DNA of 64,000 nucleotides, taken from NCBI RefSeq assembly GCF_051860585.1, contig NZ_JBHYDS010000011.1:27093-91092 (forward strand). The letters are read 5' to 3'. This DNA comes from Hyphomicrobium sp. GTDB lineage: Bacteria; Pseudomonadota; Alphaproteobacteria; Rhizobiales; Hyphomicrobiaceae. The notes below the pieces were generated by a model. It did not search any database. It was not told the DNA's origin and was given only the letters and a program-made list of their open reading frames with translations. The position numbers were made by a program, and so were the translations under genes. This document shows positions 46,850 to 57,420 of the stretch, piece after piece (within the stretch, counting starts at the first letter, position 1; each line of letters starts with the position of its first letter).

Positions 46850-47848
46850 TCAGTCGCGGCTTTCGGCGAACCGCAATCCGACATCGCGGAACCGGCTCGA
46901 GATCCGGCGCACCGTGCCGGTCTTCGAGCGCATGATAAGCGTCTCTGTCTCGGCCGTGTCGCCGCGGAACCGCACGCCCTTGAGCAGCGATCCGCTCGTG
47001 ACGCCGGTCGCTGCGAAGATCACGTCGGACGACGCCAGGTCCTGCAGCCGGAAGATCTTGTCGATGTCTTCGATGCCCATCTTAGCGGCGCGCTTGCGTT
47101 CGTCGTCGTTCGACGGCATCAGCCGCCCCTGGATCTGTCCGCCGATGCAGCGCAGCGCGGCCGCCGCCAGCACGCCCTCGGGGGCGCCGCCCGATCCGAG
47201 ATAGATGTCGATGCCCGTCTCCGCCGGGTCCGTCGTCCAGATGACGCCTGCGATATCGCCGTCAGGAATGAGCTGCACCGCCGCGCCTACCCGGCGCACC
47301 GCGCGGATCATGTCCGCGTGACGCGGCCGGTCGAGCAGGCACGCGGTGATCTCGTTGATCTTGACGCCCTTCGCCTTGGCAAGCGAAGCGAGGTTGTCTT
47401 CCACCGAAGCATCGAGGCTGATAACGCCTTCAGGATAGCCGGGGCCGACGGCGATCTTGTTCATGTACATGTCGGGAGCATGCAGCAGCCCGCCGCGCTC
47501 CGATACCGCGAGCACCGCCAGCGCGTTCGGCATCAGCTTGGCGCAGATCGTTGTGCCTTCGAGCGGATCGACGGCGATGTCGACTTCCGGCCCCGTGCCG
47601 TTGCCGACCGTCTCGCCGATGTAGAGCATCGGCGCTTCGTCCATCTCGCCTTCGCCGATCACCACCGTGCCTTGCAGCGACACGCGGCCGAGCTCGTAGC
47701 GCATGGCGTCGACGGCGGCCTTGTCTGCGGCCTTTTCATTGCCGCGCCCGTTGAACCGCGCCGCAGCGATGGCCGCCGCCTCGGTCACGCGCGCGACCTC
47801 CAGCACCAACATGCGGTCGAGCCCAGCGCTCCCGTTACCATTCGCCAT
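46850..47848 (-). CDS. glpX: Class II fructose-1,6-bisphosphatase
   Basis: RVTEAAAIAA, VIGEGEMDEAPML, VDPLEGT, GGAPEGVL. Confidence 0.97.
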   Translation of the reverse strand: MANGNGSAGLDRMLVLEVARVTEAAAIAAARFNGRGNEKAADKAAVDAMRYELGRVSLQGTVVIGEGEMDEAPMLYIGETVGNGTGPEVDIAVDPLEGTTICAKLMPNALAVLAVSERGGLLHAPDMYMNKIAVGPGYPEGVISLDASVEDNLASLAKAKGVKINEITACLLDRPRHADMIRAVRRVGAAVQLIPDGDIAGVIWTTDPAETGIDIYLGSGGAPEGVLAAAALRCIGGQIQGRLMPSNDDERKRAAKMGIEDIDKIFRLQDLASSDVIFAATGVTSGSLLKGVRFRGDTAETETLIMRSKTGTVRRISSRFRDVGLRFAESRD

Positions 47849-47869
47849 CGCCGTGTCCTTGCCTGAAGT

Positions 47870-49204
47870 CTAGAGGTCTTCGATGCGGATCATCTGCGGA
47901 CTCTCGGTGACGTTGCCGTCGTCCTCGATCGCCCGGAGCGCCTTGCGCATCGCATCTTCCGTCGTGTCGTGCGTGATCAGTATGACGTTCGCCGCCGTTT
48001 CCTTATGCCCCGGCGCCGGCTCGCCCGCCTGGCCCGGGTGAACGGGTCCATGCCGGCGCTGCACGATGCTTTCGAGCGACACGTTCTCGTCGCTCATCCG
48101 TCGCGTGATGGATGCCATGGCGCCGGGCCGGTCGTAAACGGACAGCCGGACGTAATAGTTACCCTGGCGCGCCGCGCCCGTGAGCCGCTTGGCCGTCGCG
48201 AGCGCGGCCGTGGGCCGGATGAACGGCGGCATCACCAGCCCCCGCGCGATGTCCACGATGTCGCTGGCGACCGCGGAGGCCGTGGGCTTCGAGCCCGCCC
48301 CAGGGCCGACCAGCAGGAGGTTGCCGACGTAGTCGCCGTCGATGCCGACGCAGTTGGTGACACCCGACACCTCGGCCAGCGCCGATTCCTCGTCGATCAG
48401 CACCGGCGTGACGCGCGCTTCGACCCCGTCGGGCGAAGACACGGCGACACCCAGCAGCTTGATGCAATAGCCGAGCTCGGTGGCCGCCTCGATATCGGCC
48501 GTCGTGATCCGCTCGATGCCCTCGACGTCGATCTGGTCGAACGCGATGGTCGTCCCGAACGCGAGGCTGACCAGCAACGACAGCTTGTGCGCCGCGTCGA
48601 ACCCGCCGATGTCGAACGTCGGATCCGCCTCGGCGAACCCGCGGTCCTGCGCTTCCTTGAGGGCATCCCCGAAGGCGCGCTTCTCGTCGGTCATCTTCGA
48701 GAGAATGAAGTTGCAGGTACCATTGAGAATGCCGTAGACGCGCCGCACCTCGTTGGCCGCCAGCGCCTCGCGCAGCATCTTGATGATCGGGATGCCGCCG
48801 GCGACGGCCGCTTCGAAGTTGAGCGCGACGCCGTTCTCCTCGGCCAGCCGTGCCAAGGCGAGCCCGTGCTTGGCGAGCAGCGCCTTGTTTGCCGTCACGA
48901 CGTGCTTTTTCGCCCGCAGGGCTGCTTCCACCGACGCCTTCGCAGGCCCCTCGTCGCCGCCCATCAGCTCGACGAACACCGCAATCGACGGGTCCGTGGC
49001 CAGCGCGATCGGGTCGTCGAACCAGCGGGCCTGCCCGAGATCAGCGTCCCGCGTCTTGTCGCGCGAGCGGGCGCAGACGCCCGTGACCACGATGGAGCGG
49101 CCGAGCATCCTTTCGAGGCGCGGAGCGTGAGCGGCAAGAAGTTGAATGAGACCCGTGCCGACGGTGCCAAGTCCGGCGACGCCGAGGGTCAAAGGCTCTG
49201 ACAT
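47870..49204 (-). CDS. hom: Homoserine dehydrogenase with ACT domain
   Basis: GLGTVG, VVTANK, EAAVAGGIP, NGTCN, GFAEADP, GPGAG. Confidence 0.97.
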   Translation of the reverse strand: MSEPLTLGVAGLGTVGTGLIQLLAAHAPRLERMLGRSIVVTGVCARSRDKTRDADLGQARWFDDPIALATDPSIAVFVELMGGDEGPAKASVEAALRAKKHVVTANKALLAKHGLALARLAEENGVALNFEAAVAGGIPIIKMLREALAANEVRRVYGILNGTCNFILSKMTDEKRAFGDALKEAQDRGFAEADPTFDIGGFDAAHKLSLLVSLAFGTTIAFDQIDVEGIERITTADIEAATELGYCIKLLGVAVSSPDGVEARVTPVLIDEESALAEVSGVTNCVGIDGDYVGNLLLVGPGAGSKPTASAVASDIVDIARGLVMPPFIRPTAALATAKRLTGAARQGNYYVRLSVYDRPGAMASITRRMSDENVSLESIVQRRHGPVHPGQAGEPAPGHKETAANVILITHDTTEDAMRKALRAIEDDGNVTESPQMIRIEDL

Positions 49205-49216
49205 GGCTTGAGATGC

Positions 49217-50446
49217 CTAGCGGCTGGCTTTCTGTGGGATGGGAATGACGTTATGCAGCGTTTCCGGAGATTGCGCGAGGAACTTTTTAATCGAGCGAGC
49301 CGCCTGCCGGATGCGATGCTCGTTCTCCACCAGCGCAATACGCACGAAACCTTCACCATACTCGCCGAAGCCCAGTCCCGGCGATACGGCGACGTCTGCC
49401 TTCTCGATCAAAAGCTTTGCGAACCCGACCGAGCCGATGGCGCGGTAGGGCTCCGGGATCGGGCACCACGCGAACATGGTGGCCGGCGGCGGGGGCACTG
49501 GAAAGCCGGCCCGCCCGAAGCTGTCGACCAGGCAGTCGCGCCGGCTCTTGTAGGTCTTGCGGATCTCCTCGACGCAATCCTGCGGCCCGTTGAGGGCCGT
49601 GGCCGCGGCCACCTGGATCGGCGTGAACGCGCCATAGTCGAGGTAGGATTTGACGCGCGCCAGCGCCCCGATCAGGCGTTCGTTGCCGACCGCGAAGCCC
49701 ATGCGCCAGCCGGGCATGTTGTAGGTCTTGGAGAGCGACGTGAATTCCACCGTGATGTCGATCGCGCCCGGAACCTGCAGCACCGACGGCGGCGGATTGC
49801 CGTCGAAGTAGATTTCGGAGTAGGCGAGATCGGAAAGGATGATGAGGTCGAGCTTCTTCGCCAGCGCCACCGCGTCCTTGTAGAAGTCGAGATCGGCCGT
49901 CATCGCCGTCGGATTGGAGGGATACGACAGCACGACCGCCAGCGGCTTCGGAATCGAATGGCGCACCGCGTGCTCGACCGCGCGCAGGAAATCCTCCCCG
50001 TTGCCGGCCTGCACGTGCCGCATCGACGCGCCCGAAATCAGAAAGCCGAACTCGTGGATCGGATAGGTCGGGTTGGGCACCAGGATCACGTCGCCCGGCG
50101 CGGTGATCGCCTGCGCCATGTTGGCGAAGCCTTCCTTCGAGCCGAGCGTCGCCACCACCTGCGTTTCGGGATCGAGCTTCACGCCGAAGCGGCGCTGGTA
50201 GTAGGCGGCCTGCGCGCGCCGCAACCCCGGGATGCCCTTGGAGGCGGAATAGCGATGCGTGCGCGGCTTGGCGACCGTCTCGACGAGCTTGTCGATGATG
50301 TGCTGCGGCGTCGGCAGATCGGGATTGCCCATGCCGAGGTCGATGATGTCCGCCCCGCGCGCCCGCGCCGCCGCCTTGAGGCGGTTCACTTCCGCGAAGA
50401 CATAAGGCGGCAAGCGCTTGATGCGGTGAAAATCGTCGTCGATCAC
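49217..50446 (-). CDS. alaC: PLP-dependent class I aminotransferase (AlaC / LL-DAP aminotransferase-like)
   Basis: RIKRLPPYVF, DLGMGNPD, GSKEG, DLAY, SLSKTYNMPGWR. Confidence 0.85.
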   Translation of the reverse strand: MIDDDFHRIKRLPPYVFAEVNRLKAAARARGADIIDLGMGNPDLPTPQHIIDKLVETVAKPRTHRYSASKGIPGLRRAQAAYYQRRFGVKLDPETQVVATLGSKEGFANMAQAITAPGDVILVPNPTYPIHEFGFLISGASMRHVQAGNGEDFLRAVEHAVRHSIPKPLAVVLSYPSNPTAMTADLDFYKDAVALAKKLDLIILSDLAYSEIYFDGNPPPSVLQVPGAIDITVEFTSLSKTYNMPGWRMGFAVGNERLIGALARVKSYLDYGAFTPIQVAAATALNGPQDCVEEIRKTYKSRRDCLVDSFGRAGFPVPPPPATMFAWCPIPEPYRAIGSVGFAKLLIEKADVAVSPGLGFGEYGEGFVRIALVENEHRIRQAARSIKKFLAQSPETLHNVIPIPQKASR

Positions 50447-50693
50447 GAGCGTCTCTTGGCGGTTAGGACCTGCCCATGCGTGACGCCCACGTGGTCGGCG
50501 CGCAGTCGGCCCCCAGCGGCCGGGCACGCGCGATGCGTCATAAAAGCGAGGTCGGTTTCGGATGATATCTACGCCAAGCGGCCCATCATCGTCTAGTGTC
50601 ACGCAATTGCCGCCCAAGTGATGTTCACACCTCGATGAGCATTCGCCTTTGATCCTACTAGGCGATCCAGCAGGGACGTCCTATCTTTGCCTC

Positions 50694-52499
50694 ATGACTG
50701 AGCAGCCGCACATTCCTACGACACCCTATCGCATCGAAAATCCCGAAGAATTTGCGCGCAACATGCTGCGCCTCTTCGAGCAGGGCGGCCGCGCGATGGG
50801 CGACCTCCTGGACCGGCCCGACGCCAAGATCAGCCCGTTCTCCGCCGCCAGCGAGGCGACCGAGGCCATTGGCACCCTGACCGACATCGCCCGCCTCTGG
50901 TTCACCGATCCCGCCAAGCTGGCGGAGGCGCAGGGCGCGCTCGTCAGTTCCTACATCGACCTCTGGAACAACGCGCTTCGCAAGCTCCTCGGCGAACAGG
51001 TCCAGCCCGTCGCCGAGCCGGAACCGTCGGACAATCGCTTCAAGGATCCGGAGTGGTCGTCGAACCCCTATTTCGATTTCTGGAAGCAGGCCTACCTCCT
51101 CACCACCAATTGGGCCGAGGACGTGCTGCAGCAGACCGAAGGCCTGGACGGCCCCACCCGCCAGAAAGCGGAGTTTTACCTGCGCCAGCTTTCGAGCGCC
51201 TTCTCGCCCTCCAACTTCCCGATGACCAACCCCGAAGTCGTGCGCGAGACATTCGCGACCAACGCGGGCAACCTCGTGCGCGGCATGACGCACCTGGTCG
51301 ACGACATGGAGAAGTCGGGCGATCTTCTCAAGATCAGCCAGACCGACACGGCCGCGTTCGAGGTCGGCCGCAACCTGGCCACCACGCCGGGCAAGGTCGT
51401 CTTCCAGAACGACATCTTCCAGCTCATCCAATACACGCCCACCACCGATAAGGTGCGCGAGGTGCCGCTGCTGGTCGTCCCGCCGTGGATCAACAAATAT
51501 TACATCCTCGACCTGACGCCGCCGAAGAGCTTGCTGAAATACGCGGTCGACCAGGGCTTCACGGTCTTCGTCGTATCGTGGGTCAATCCGGACGAACGCC
51601 TCGCGCACAAAAGCTTCGAGGACTACATGCTCGAAGGCGTGCTGACGGCGACCGACGCCGTCACGCGCGAGACCGGCGTCGAGAAAATAAACATCGTCGG
51701 CTACTGCGTCGGCGGCACCCTGGTCGGCTCGACGCTCGCCTATCTCGCGGCCCGAGGCGAAGAGCCCTATCGCTCCGTCACCTTCCTCACGACGCAGCTC
51801 GATTTCTCGAAAGCCGGCGACCTCCTCCTGTTCACGACCGACAGCCAGCTCTCCTCGCTCGGTAAAATGATGGCCGAGCGCGGCTATCTCGACGGCTCGC
51901 GCATGGCGAACGTGTTCAACATGATGCGCCCGCGCGACCTCATCTGGCCGTACATCGTCAACAACTACATGCTGGGCAAGAAGCCGTTCCCGTTCGACCT
52001 GCTCTACTGGAACCAGGATTCGACGCGCATGCCCGCCGCCAACCACGGCTTCTACCTGGGCGAATTCTATAACGCGAACAAGCTGGCCAAGGGCGAGATG
52101 ACGCTCGCGGGCATCAAGCTCGATCTCAAGAAGATCAAGCTGCCGGTGTTCGAGGTCGCCACCAAGGAAGACCACATCGCGCCCGCCAAGTCCGTCTTCA
52201 TCGGCTCGAAGATGCTCGGCGGCCCCGTCGAGTTCGTGCTCGCCGGATCGGGCCACATCGCCGGCGTCGTCAACCCGCCCGACAAGATGAAGTATCAGTA
52301 CTGGACCGCCAACAAAGCCGCCGCCGACACGCTCGAAGAGTGGATCGGCATGGCCAAGACGCACCCCGGCTCCTGGTGGCCCTACTGGGTCGAATGGGTG
52401 ACCAAGCACTCCGGCGACTGGACCATCCCGCGCGAGCCCGGCGAAACCCTCGGCGTCATCGAAGACGCCCCCGGCAGCTACGTCAAGACGAAGTCTTGA
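50694..52499 (+). CDS. phaC: Class I PHA synthase
   Basis: PPWINKYYILDL, GYCVGG lipase box, DLLYWN, DHIAP, GSGHIAG, GSWWP. Confidence 0.97.
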   Translation: MTEQPHIPTTPYRIENPEEFARNMLRLFEQGGRAMGDLLDRPDAKISPFSAASEATEAIGTLTDIARLWFTDPAKLAEAQGALVSSYIDLWNNALRKLLGEQVQPVAEPEPSDNRFKDPEWSSNPYFDFWKQAYLLTTNWAEDVLQQTEGLDGPTRQKAEFYLRQLSSAFSPSNFPMTNPEVVRETFATNAGNLVRGMTHLVDDMEKSGDLLKISQTDTAAFEVGRNLATTPGKVVFQNDIFQLIQYTPTTDKVREVPLLVVPPWINKYYILDLTPPKSLLKYAVDQGFTVFVVSWVNPDERLAHKSFEDYMLEGVLTATDAVTRETGVEKINIVGYCVGGTLVGSTLAYLAARGEEPYRSVTFLTTQLDFSKAGDLLLFTTDSQLSSLGKMMAERGYLDGSRMANVFNMMRPRDLIWPYIVNNYMLGKKPFPFDLLYWNQDSTRMPAANHGFYLGEFYNANKLAKGEMTLAGIKLDLKKIKLPVFEVATKEDHIAPAKSVFIGSKMLGGPVEFVLAGSGHIAGVVNPPDKMKYQYWTANKAAADTLEEWIGMAKTHPGSWWPYWVEWVTKHSGDWTIPREPGETLGVIEDAPGSYVKTKS

Positions 52500-52749
52500 G
52501 TGGGGAGCGGGGGCGTTCGCGCGCATCCGAATTGACGCTCAAGCCGGACGTCGCAGGTCACGACCGCGGATGTCTGCTCCTGACCCATTGCAGACAATGG
52601 CCCTTTAGCGAAGCGTTCGCGCCATCGATGAGATTTGAGCAATCCCCCTGATCCCACTTGGCGCAACCAAGCTGCCGGGTTGACCCGCAGCAGTGGCAGA
52701 GCTGTGACGGCGAACAAGCTTACGTGAAGCACAATCTGCAGCGACGATT

Positions 52750-54774
52750 TCAGAAATCCTGCGAGAGGCCGACGCGGGCGAGGTAGGTGGTATCCCCCTC
52801 ATCCTCGGGGATCGATGCGGTGACCGAGCCTGTGATCGCGCCCTTGTCCCAGGCCGGCAGGCGCACGCCGCCGCCGACCTCGAGCCAGTCCTCCGTGGCC
52901 GCGACGCCAGGCACGCTCATGGGAACCCAATTGACCAGCGTGGCCGTGACGTCTGCGCCCTTGCCGCCGTCGAGGCGATGGCCCCAGGCCAGTGTGCCCC
53001 AAATCCAGGTGTCCGGCTTGAAGGTGTAGCGCGCGTCGGCGCCGAAGCGCGCCGTCTCCGCCGTGCTTTTCATCCCTTCGAACGACGATGTGAACACGCC
53101 GTCCGTCTCGGTGTAGGCATCGAGGGTCGTCTGCGAGAACGTGTAGGACGCAAAAGGCGTCAGCTGCAGCGCGCCGAATTGCTCGGTCCAGCCGACGCGG
53201 GCGATGGCTCCGAAGCCGTCGCTCGATGTCTCGCCTTTCGAGTATACGCGCCCGACTCCGTTCGTGTAGCCGCGCTCGATGTCGCCATCGAGGAGCAGAC
53301 CATTGACGCCGACGAGCCATTGCAGCCCGGTGTCAGGCACGCGGGCGAGGAACGCCGACAGGCCGCCGCCGCGCATATCGGCGGAGCCGTCATAGACCAT
53401 CTCGGTTTCGACACGCGCGGCCGACACCGAGAAGCCTGCAATCATCTGGTCCGGAAGATCGACCGTTATGCCGAGCGTACCGGACGTCACCGGATCGCTG
53501 TCGTAGGCGCCATAGGCAAAGACGGAATACGGCGAGCTGCGCGAGCCCTGCGAAGCGCGGGCCTGCGTCGCGTATTCCTGCATGGTGGTGAGCGCACCGC
53601 CGATCGCGGCGTTGGCGGTGTGGCCCACGGCCGCCTGACCGCTGTACGAGTTCGCAAGCTCACTTTCTGTAGTAAGCCCCTGGCAGAACATCGAGACGCA
53701 GCGCACCAGCCAGATATCGTCGGTCACAGTTGCCGGGTTCAGGCCGCGGCCGGCGATGATGCTGCCGTCCGCGGAGATGCCTTGGGCGAACCAGAGCTGC
53801 CAGCCGCCGAGATTGACACCGGATTCGGCGAGGAGGCTCTGGATCGACCGCATGCCGGTCACTGCGGTCCAGCGGAACGCTTGCGTAGGGCCGCCACCCG
53901 AGCTGTAGCCGACGACGATCGATCCGTCGGCGCTGACGGCAGTCGCAAGGCTCCGGGTATTGCCGGAAACGAAGCCGAGACTGACGAGGCCGGTCGCCTG
54001 CGTCCAGCGATAGGCCTCCCCAGTGGAGCGGCTGCTGTCGCCGTGGCCGACGATGACAGAGCCATCATGGTTGACCCCGTGCGCATACGTGACGGTGCCG
54101 CCGTTCAGGAAACCGAGGCCGGTCATGCCCATGGCCTGAGACCAACGGAAGGCTTGCGTTGTTGGGTCAGCCGCATCGCCGATCACGACCTTACCGTTGC
54201 CGCTGATGGCCTTGCCGAAGCTGTCGGTGTAGCCGGGCAGCGTTCCGATGCCCACCATGCCGGTCGCCTGCGTCCAGACGTAAGCCTGGTCGATCCCGCC
54301 TCCGTTCGTGGCAGAACCGGTCACCACAGTGCCATCGCCACTAACGCCGTCGGCGCGGCTGGTCGCATAGCCGTTGAGCGTGCCGCCGGGGTCGAATGCC
54401 GCGCCGAAGTGCAGGTCGGTCGGGACAGCGCTGCCGGCGGTCCACATCACCCCGTGAAAAGTGCCGCCACCGGTGTCCGCGTTGCCGACAATCACCGAGC
54501 CGTCAAAGTTCGCAGCAAATTGGGCTGCGAAGCCGCCAAAGCCGACCGGAAACGTATAGACGCCGTTGGACCAGACCCATATCTGCGTATCGGTCATCCC
54601 GATCAACACCTTGCCATCGCCGCTCATACCAGAGAGCATGTTATAGAGGGCGCCGGGTATCGATCCCGTTTCCTGGACCCAATCGAGCGCCTTCGCCGGC
54701 GAGGTGATGGCAAACGTCGTGAGCGCCGTGCCCGCGAGCAGGCCCGCCTTTACAATCCAATTTGACCGGATCAC
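52750..54774 (-). CDS. HAF-repeat passenger + autotransporter beta-barrel
   Basis: Signal peptide, repeated SxDGxVIVG / AFRWT units, C-terminal barrel ending in F. Confidence 0.85.
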   Translation of the reverse strand: MIRSNWIVKAGLLAGTALTTFAITSPAKALDWVQETGSIPGALYNMLSGMSGDGKVLIGMTDTQIWVWSNGVYTFPVGFGGFAAQFAANFDGSVIVGNADTGGGTFHGVMWTAGSAVPTDLHFGAAFDPGGTLNGYATSRADGVSGDGTVVTGSATNGGGIDQAYVWTQATGMVGIGTLPGYTDSFGKAISGNGKVVIGDAADPTTQAFRWSQAMGMTGLGFLNGGTVTYAHGVNHDGSVIVGHGDSSRSTGEAYRWTQATGLVSLGFVSGNTRSLATAVSADGSIVVGYSSGGGPTQAFRWTAVTGMRSIQSLLAESGVNLGGWQLWFAQGISADGSIIAGRGLNPATVTDDIWLVRCVSMFCQGLTTESELANSYSGQAAVGHTANAAIGGALTTMQEYATQARASQGSRSSPYSVFAYGAYDSDPVTSGTLGITVDLPDQMIAGFSVSAARVETEMVYDGSADMRGGGLSAFLARVPDTGLQWLVGVNGLLLDGDIERGYTNGVGRVYSKGETSSDGFGAIARVGWTEQFGALQLTPFASYTFSQTTLDAYTETDGVFTSSFEGMKSTAETARFGADARYTFKPDTWIWGTLAWGHRLDGGKGADVTATLVNWVPMSVPGVAATEDWLEVGGGVRLPAWDKGAITGSVTASIPEDEGDTTYLARVGLSQDF

Positions 54775-54859
54775 TCGCCCCCCTGGAAAAAGCGGCCTGC
54801 CGTCGCAGATCGGCAGGCCGAATCGAACTTTATTATCGTGTACGAATGAACAGTAGTCG

Positions 54860-54876
54860 TCTCATTCCGCGCAAAG
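54860..54876. promoter_or_regulatory. 17-bp direct repeat, putative AraC box (copy 1)
   Basis: TCTCATTCCGCGCAAAG, identical at 55244-55260. Confidence 0.6.
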
Positions 54877-54912
54877 CGTCGTGCCGAGGCACATTCACTT
54901 ACTGACAGGCGC

Positions 54913-55182
54913 TTACTTGCCCGTCCAGCCCGCATCCTTGCTGCACTTCTCCATCACCTTGGGGTTGGCCTTCTCCCACTCGGTGACCGAGCGCGATTCA
55001 TCGTCGGACATCTCGTTGTTCATGCAGGTGCAATATTTGGTGACGACGTCGGCCGGCTGGCCCTCGTCCTTGTTCTCGATCACGCAGTCGCCGATCCACT
55101 TCGAATCGTCGGATTTTTTGTCGGCGAGGGCAGGCGTGGCGAAGCATGCAAGCATCGCGATCAGGGCTACGTGACGTTTCAT
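54913..55182 (-). CDS. Small secreted Cys-containing protein
   Basis: Signal peptide, C..YCTCM..C; GGAGG RBS. Confidence 0.8.
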   Translation of the reverse strand: MKRHVALIAMLACFATPALADKKSDDSKWIGDCVIENKDEGQPADVVTKYCTCMNNEMSDDESRSVTEWEKANPKVMEKCSKDAGWTGK

Positions 55183-55243
55183 TTCTTATTCCTCCATCCG
55201 GGATTGGACGAAGCTCTATGCCCAAGCGAATCGGGGCGCGTCA

Positions 55244-55260
55244 TCTCATTCCGCGCAAAG
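55244..55260. promoter_or_regulatory. 17-bp direct repeat, putative AraC box (copy 2)
   Basis: TCTCATTCCGCGCAAAG. Confidence 0.6.
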
Positions 55261-55310
55261 TGCGACGGTGCACGAAATCGGTGGCGGAAATACCTCAGAT
55301 AACCGAGCAA

Positions 55311-56261
55311 TCAGCTTTCGGCGGCGCGCACGTCGCCGGGTGTGAGACCGTAGGCGCGGCGGAAGACGCGGTAGAACGTCGCCAGGCTTTCAAAGCCGCA
55401 TGCGAAAGCTATGTCGGCAACGGGGCGGGCGGCGTCGGCCAGCAACTGCCGGCGCGCCTCGTCGAGCCGCATTGCGGTTATCGTGCGCGAGAAGCTTTCG
55501 CCGGTCGGCTCGAACAGGAGATGGATCTGGCGCACGGACACGCCGAGCAATGTGGCGACGAGCGCGGGCGAGAGATCGGGGCGGAAGAGATTCTGTACAA
55601 TGACGTGCCGCGCAGCGTGATACTGGCCGAAGTGAAGTGCGGCCCGGCTTTCCGGCGAGCCCGGCGCCACGCGCCCGCGCGCCAACAAGGCGAGCTGCCC
55701 AAGGTTTGCCACCGCCGCTGCCTGATCGGCGATGCGCGGCCCCTGCCCCACCAACGCCGCAAAGCCGGCCGCGATCAGCTTCGTTAGTCGTAGTCCCGCG
55801 GCGAGCGGCTCATGATCGAGATTGCGTGCGCTTGCGGCGAGACTGTCTCTCCCCTTCAGCGGAATCTTGAGGGCGCGGAAATGAAATCCGTCGGTCCGCG
55901 TAGGGATCGCCGCATAGGGCATGTCCGAATGACTGACGACCAGCGTCGAGTTGGTGATGGCGCGAATGCGATCGCGGCCAATGTCCATCCAGCCGGGACC
56001 GCGCACCTGCTCAGCGATGCAGAGGCTGTCGCTCGCGAGCCGGTCGATATCGGCCTGCGTGCGGCTGACATGATAGGTGGAGGCGTGCATTTCGGCGAGC
56101 GTGGCGCCGCCGATCGCGACGGCCGAGAAGCGTCCCTTGAAGTCGAGCCGCTTCGCCTTCTCGAGCTCGATGGTGACGCCGAAAAGCTGCTTCCCCCTGA
56201 CCTCGACCCAATGGTCGAAGCGCTCCTTCGCCGGCAGGTCGTCGGTGGAAAACGTCAGCAT
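55311..56261 (-). CDS. AraC family regulator (FeaR-like)
   Basis: FSTDDLPAKERFDHW N-terminus; C-terminal double HTH with IAFACGFESLATFYRVFRR. Confidence 0.92.
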   Translation of the reverse strand: MLTFSTDDLPAKERFDHWVEVRGKQLFGVTIELEKAKRLDFKGRFSAVAIGGATLAEMHASTYHVSRTQADIDRLASDSLCIAEQVRGPGWMDIGRDRIRAITNSTLVVSHSDMPYAAIPTRTDGFHFRALKIPLKGRDSLAASARNLDHEPLAAGLRLTKLIAAGFAALVGQGPRIADQAAAVANLGQLALLARGRVAPGSPESRAALHFGQYHAARHVIVQNLFRPDLSPALVATLLGVSVRQIHLLFEPTGESFSRTITAMRLDEARRQLLADAARPVADIAFACGFESLATFYRVFRRAYGLTPGDVRAAES

Positions 56262-56434
56262 GCTGCACCTTTGCCTGCGAATGATCGGCCCCGCAAGCCG
56301 AAAAGATGCCCTTAGACGCACACCTAGGCGCAGGCGCGGGCTAGTCCTACGACGATATGTCGGGCGCATGTCGATGACCGGGGATTGCCTTCGGCAGTTG
56401 GTCCGCTTCTGGCCCAGCCAACTTCCAAAAACTT

Positions 56435-56530
56435 TATCCCCGCCCCTCATTTCTCCGCATACGCTCAGTCCATCCCGCTCATTCGGGGACGCTCCTTGAT
56501 GCATGCTTCCAGCATGACCTGCGAGCGGGC
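56435..56530. repeat. ~90-bp dispersed intergenic repeat, copy 1
   Basis: CCCTCATTTCTCCGCATACGCTCAG...TGATGCATGCxTCCAGCATGACCTGCGAGC shared with 60444-60532. Confidence 0.75.
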
Positions 56531-56811
56531 GTATCTTGCCGAAGGCGAGCGCAAATGAGCATGAGCGGGAGCCGCGCCTCCTCAACGATGGCGGCATTTC
56601 CAAATCAGCCGCATGGCCCCAACGTCATGGCCGCGCAGGCGGCCATCCACGACACGGAAACGCACGGGCAACCTTAGTCACAGTTTACACCTGTGAACGC
56701 AGTGGGCCTCAACGCGCATAGAACGTGCTGAGACTTGCGGAGATGGCCGCCGTCCATGCGCAGCATGGCTTCGCCATGGCGCGGCCATGACGTTGCGTGT
56801 TACAACAAACC

Positions 56812-56930
56812 TATCCCCGCCCCTAATTCCTCCGTATACGCTCACCGCATCCCGCTCATTCGGGGGCCGGCGCGAGCTGGGCGTGTCATGCCAGAGGCAT
56901 GCTTTCATCATGACGTGAGCGGGAGCTGCG
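56812..56930. repeat. Degenerate copy 2 of the dispersed repeat
   Basis: TATCCCCGCCCCTAATTCCTCCGTATACGCTCA..CATCCCGCTCATTCGGGG. Confidence 0.65.
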
Positions 56931-57420
56931 CCTCCCTTAACACTAGTACCATCAGCTAGGCTGGAAAGGTTCGAAGTGGATTTCTCGGTTGGATGGACCG
57001 TGAAAGCCAACGTGTGCACGATGGATGGTCGTGCCGAAGGCGCGCAATCCATGAGCGCACACGCCTTCGCGCCGGTGAGGTTGCATCCCTGCGGGGCCCA
57101 TTCATTAGGGCATCAATTTCGCGGTGATGCGCAGCAGCGGCGAAGCATCCCGCGTAAACTCAGCGCCTACCGCTCCGCTCCCCGGATTTTCCCGGGCACC
57201 ACCCGCTCTTTGAGCCCAACCGACCTGAACCCCGCGAAACCGAGCCCTCGCGGCTATCCAAGCGTGCCTGTTGCCGACTGCCTACTGCCGACTGCCTCAC
57301 TCCCGTTGCACGCTGCCCTTGAGGCGACGCTGTTCTGCGCCGAAAAAACTTGCTCCGGCCGTTACCGGCTCATAGCCTCCGGCGAATGGCCACTTGAGCC
57401 TGAGCAGTTTGGAGTCCCCG

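Noticed and set aside
50658-52526. 622-aa minus-strand ORF
   Set aside because: Antisense shadow of phaC caused by high GC3.
52978-54765. 595-aa plus-strand ORF
   Set aside because: Antisense to the autotransporter; no motifs.
57268-57303. TGCCGACTGCCT short tandem repeat
   Set aside because: Looks like a common alphaproteobacterial intergenic repeat; nothing links it to a system.
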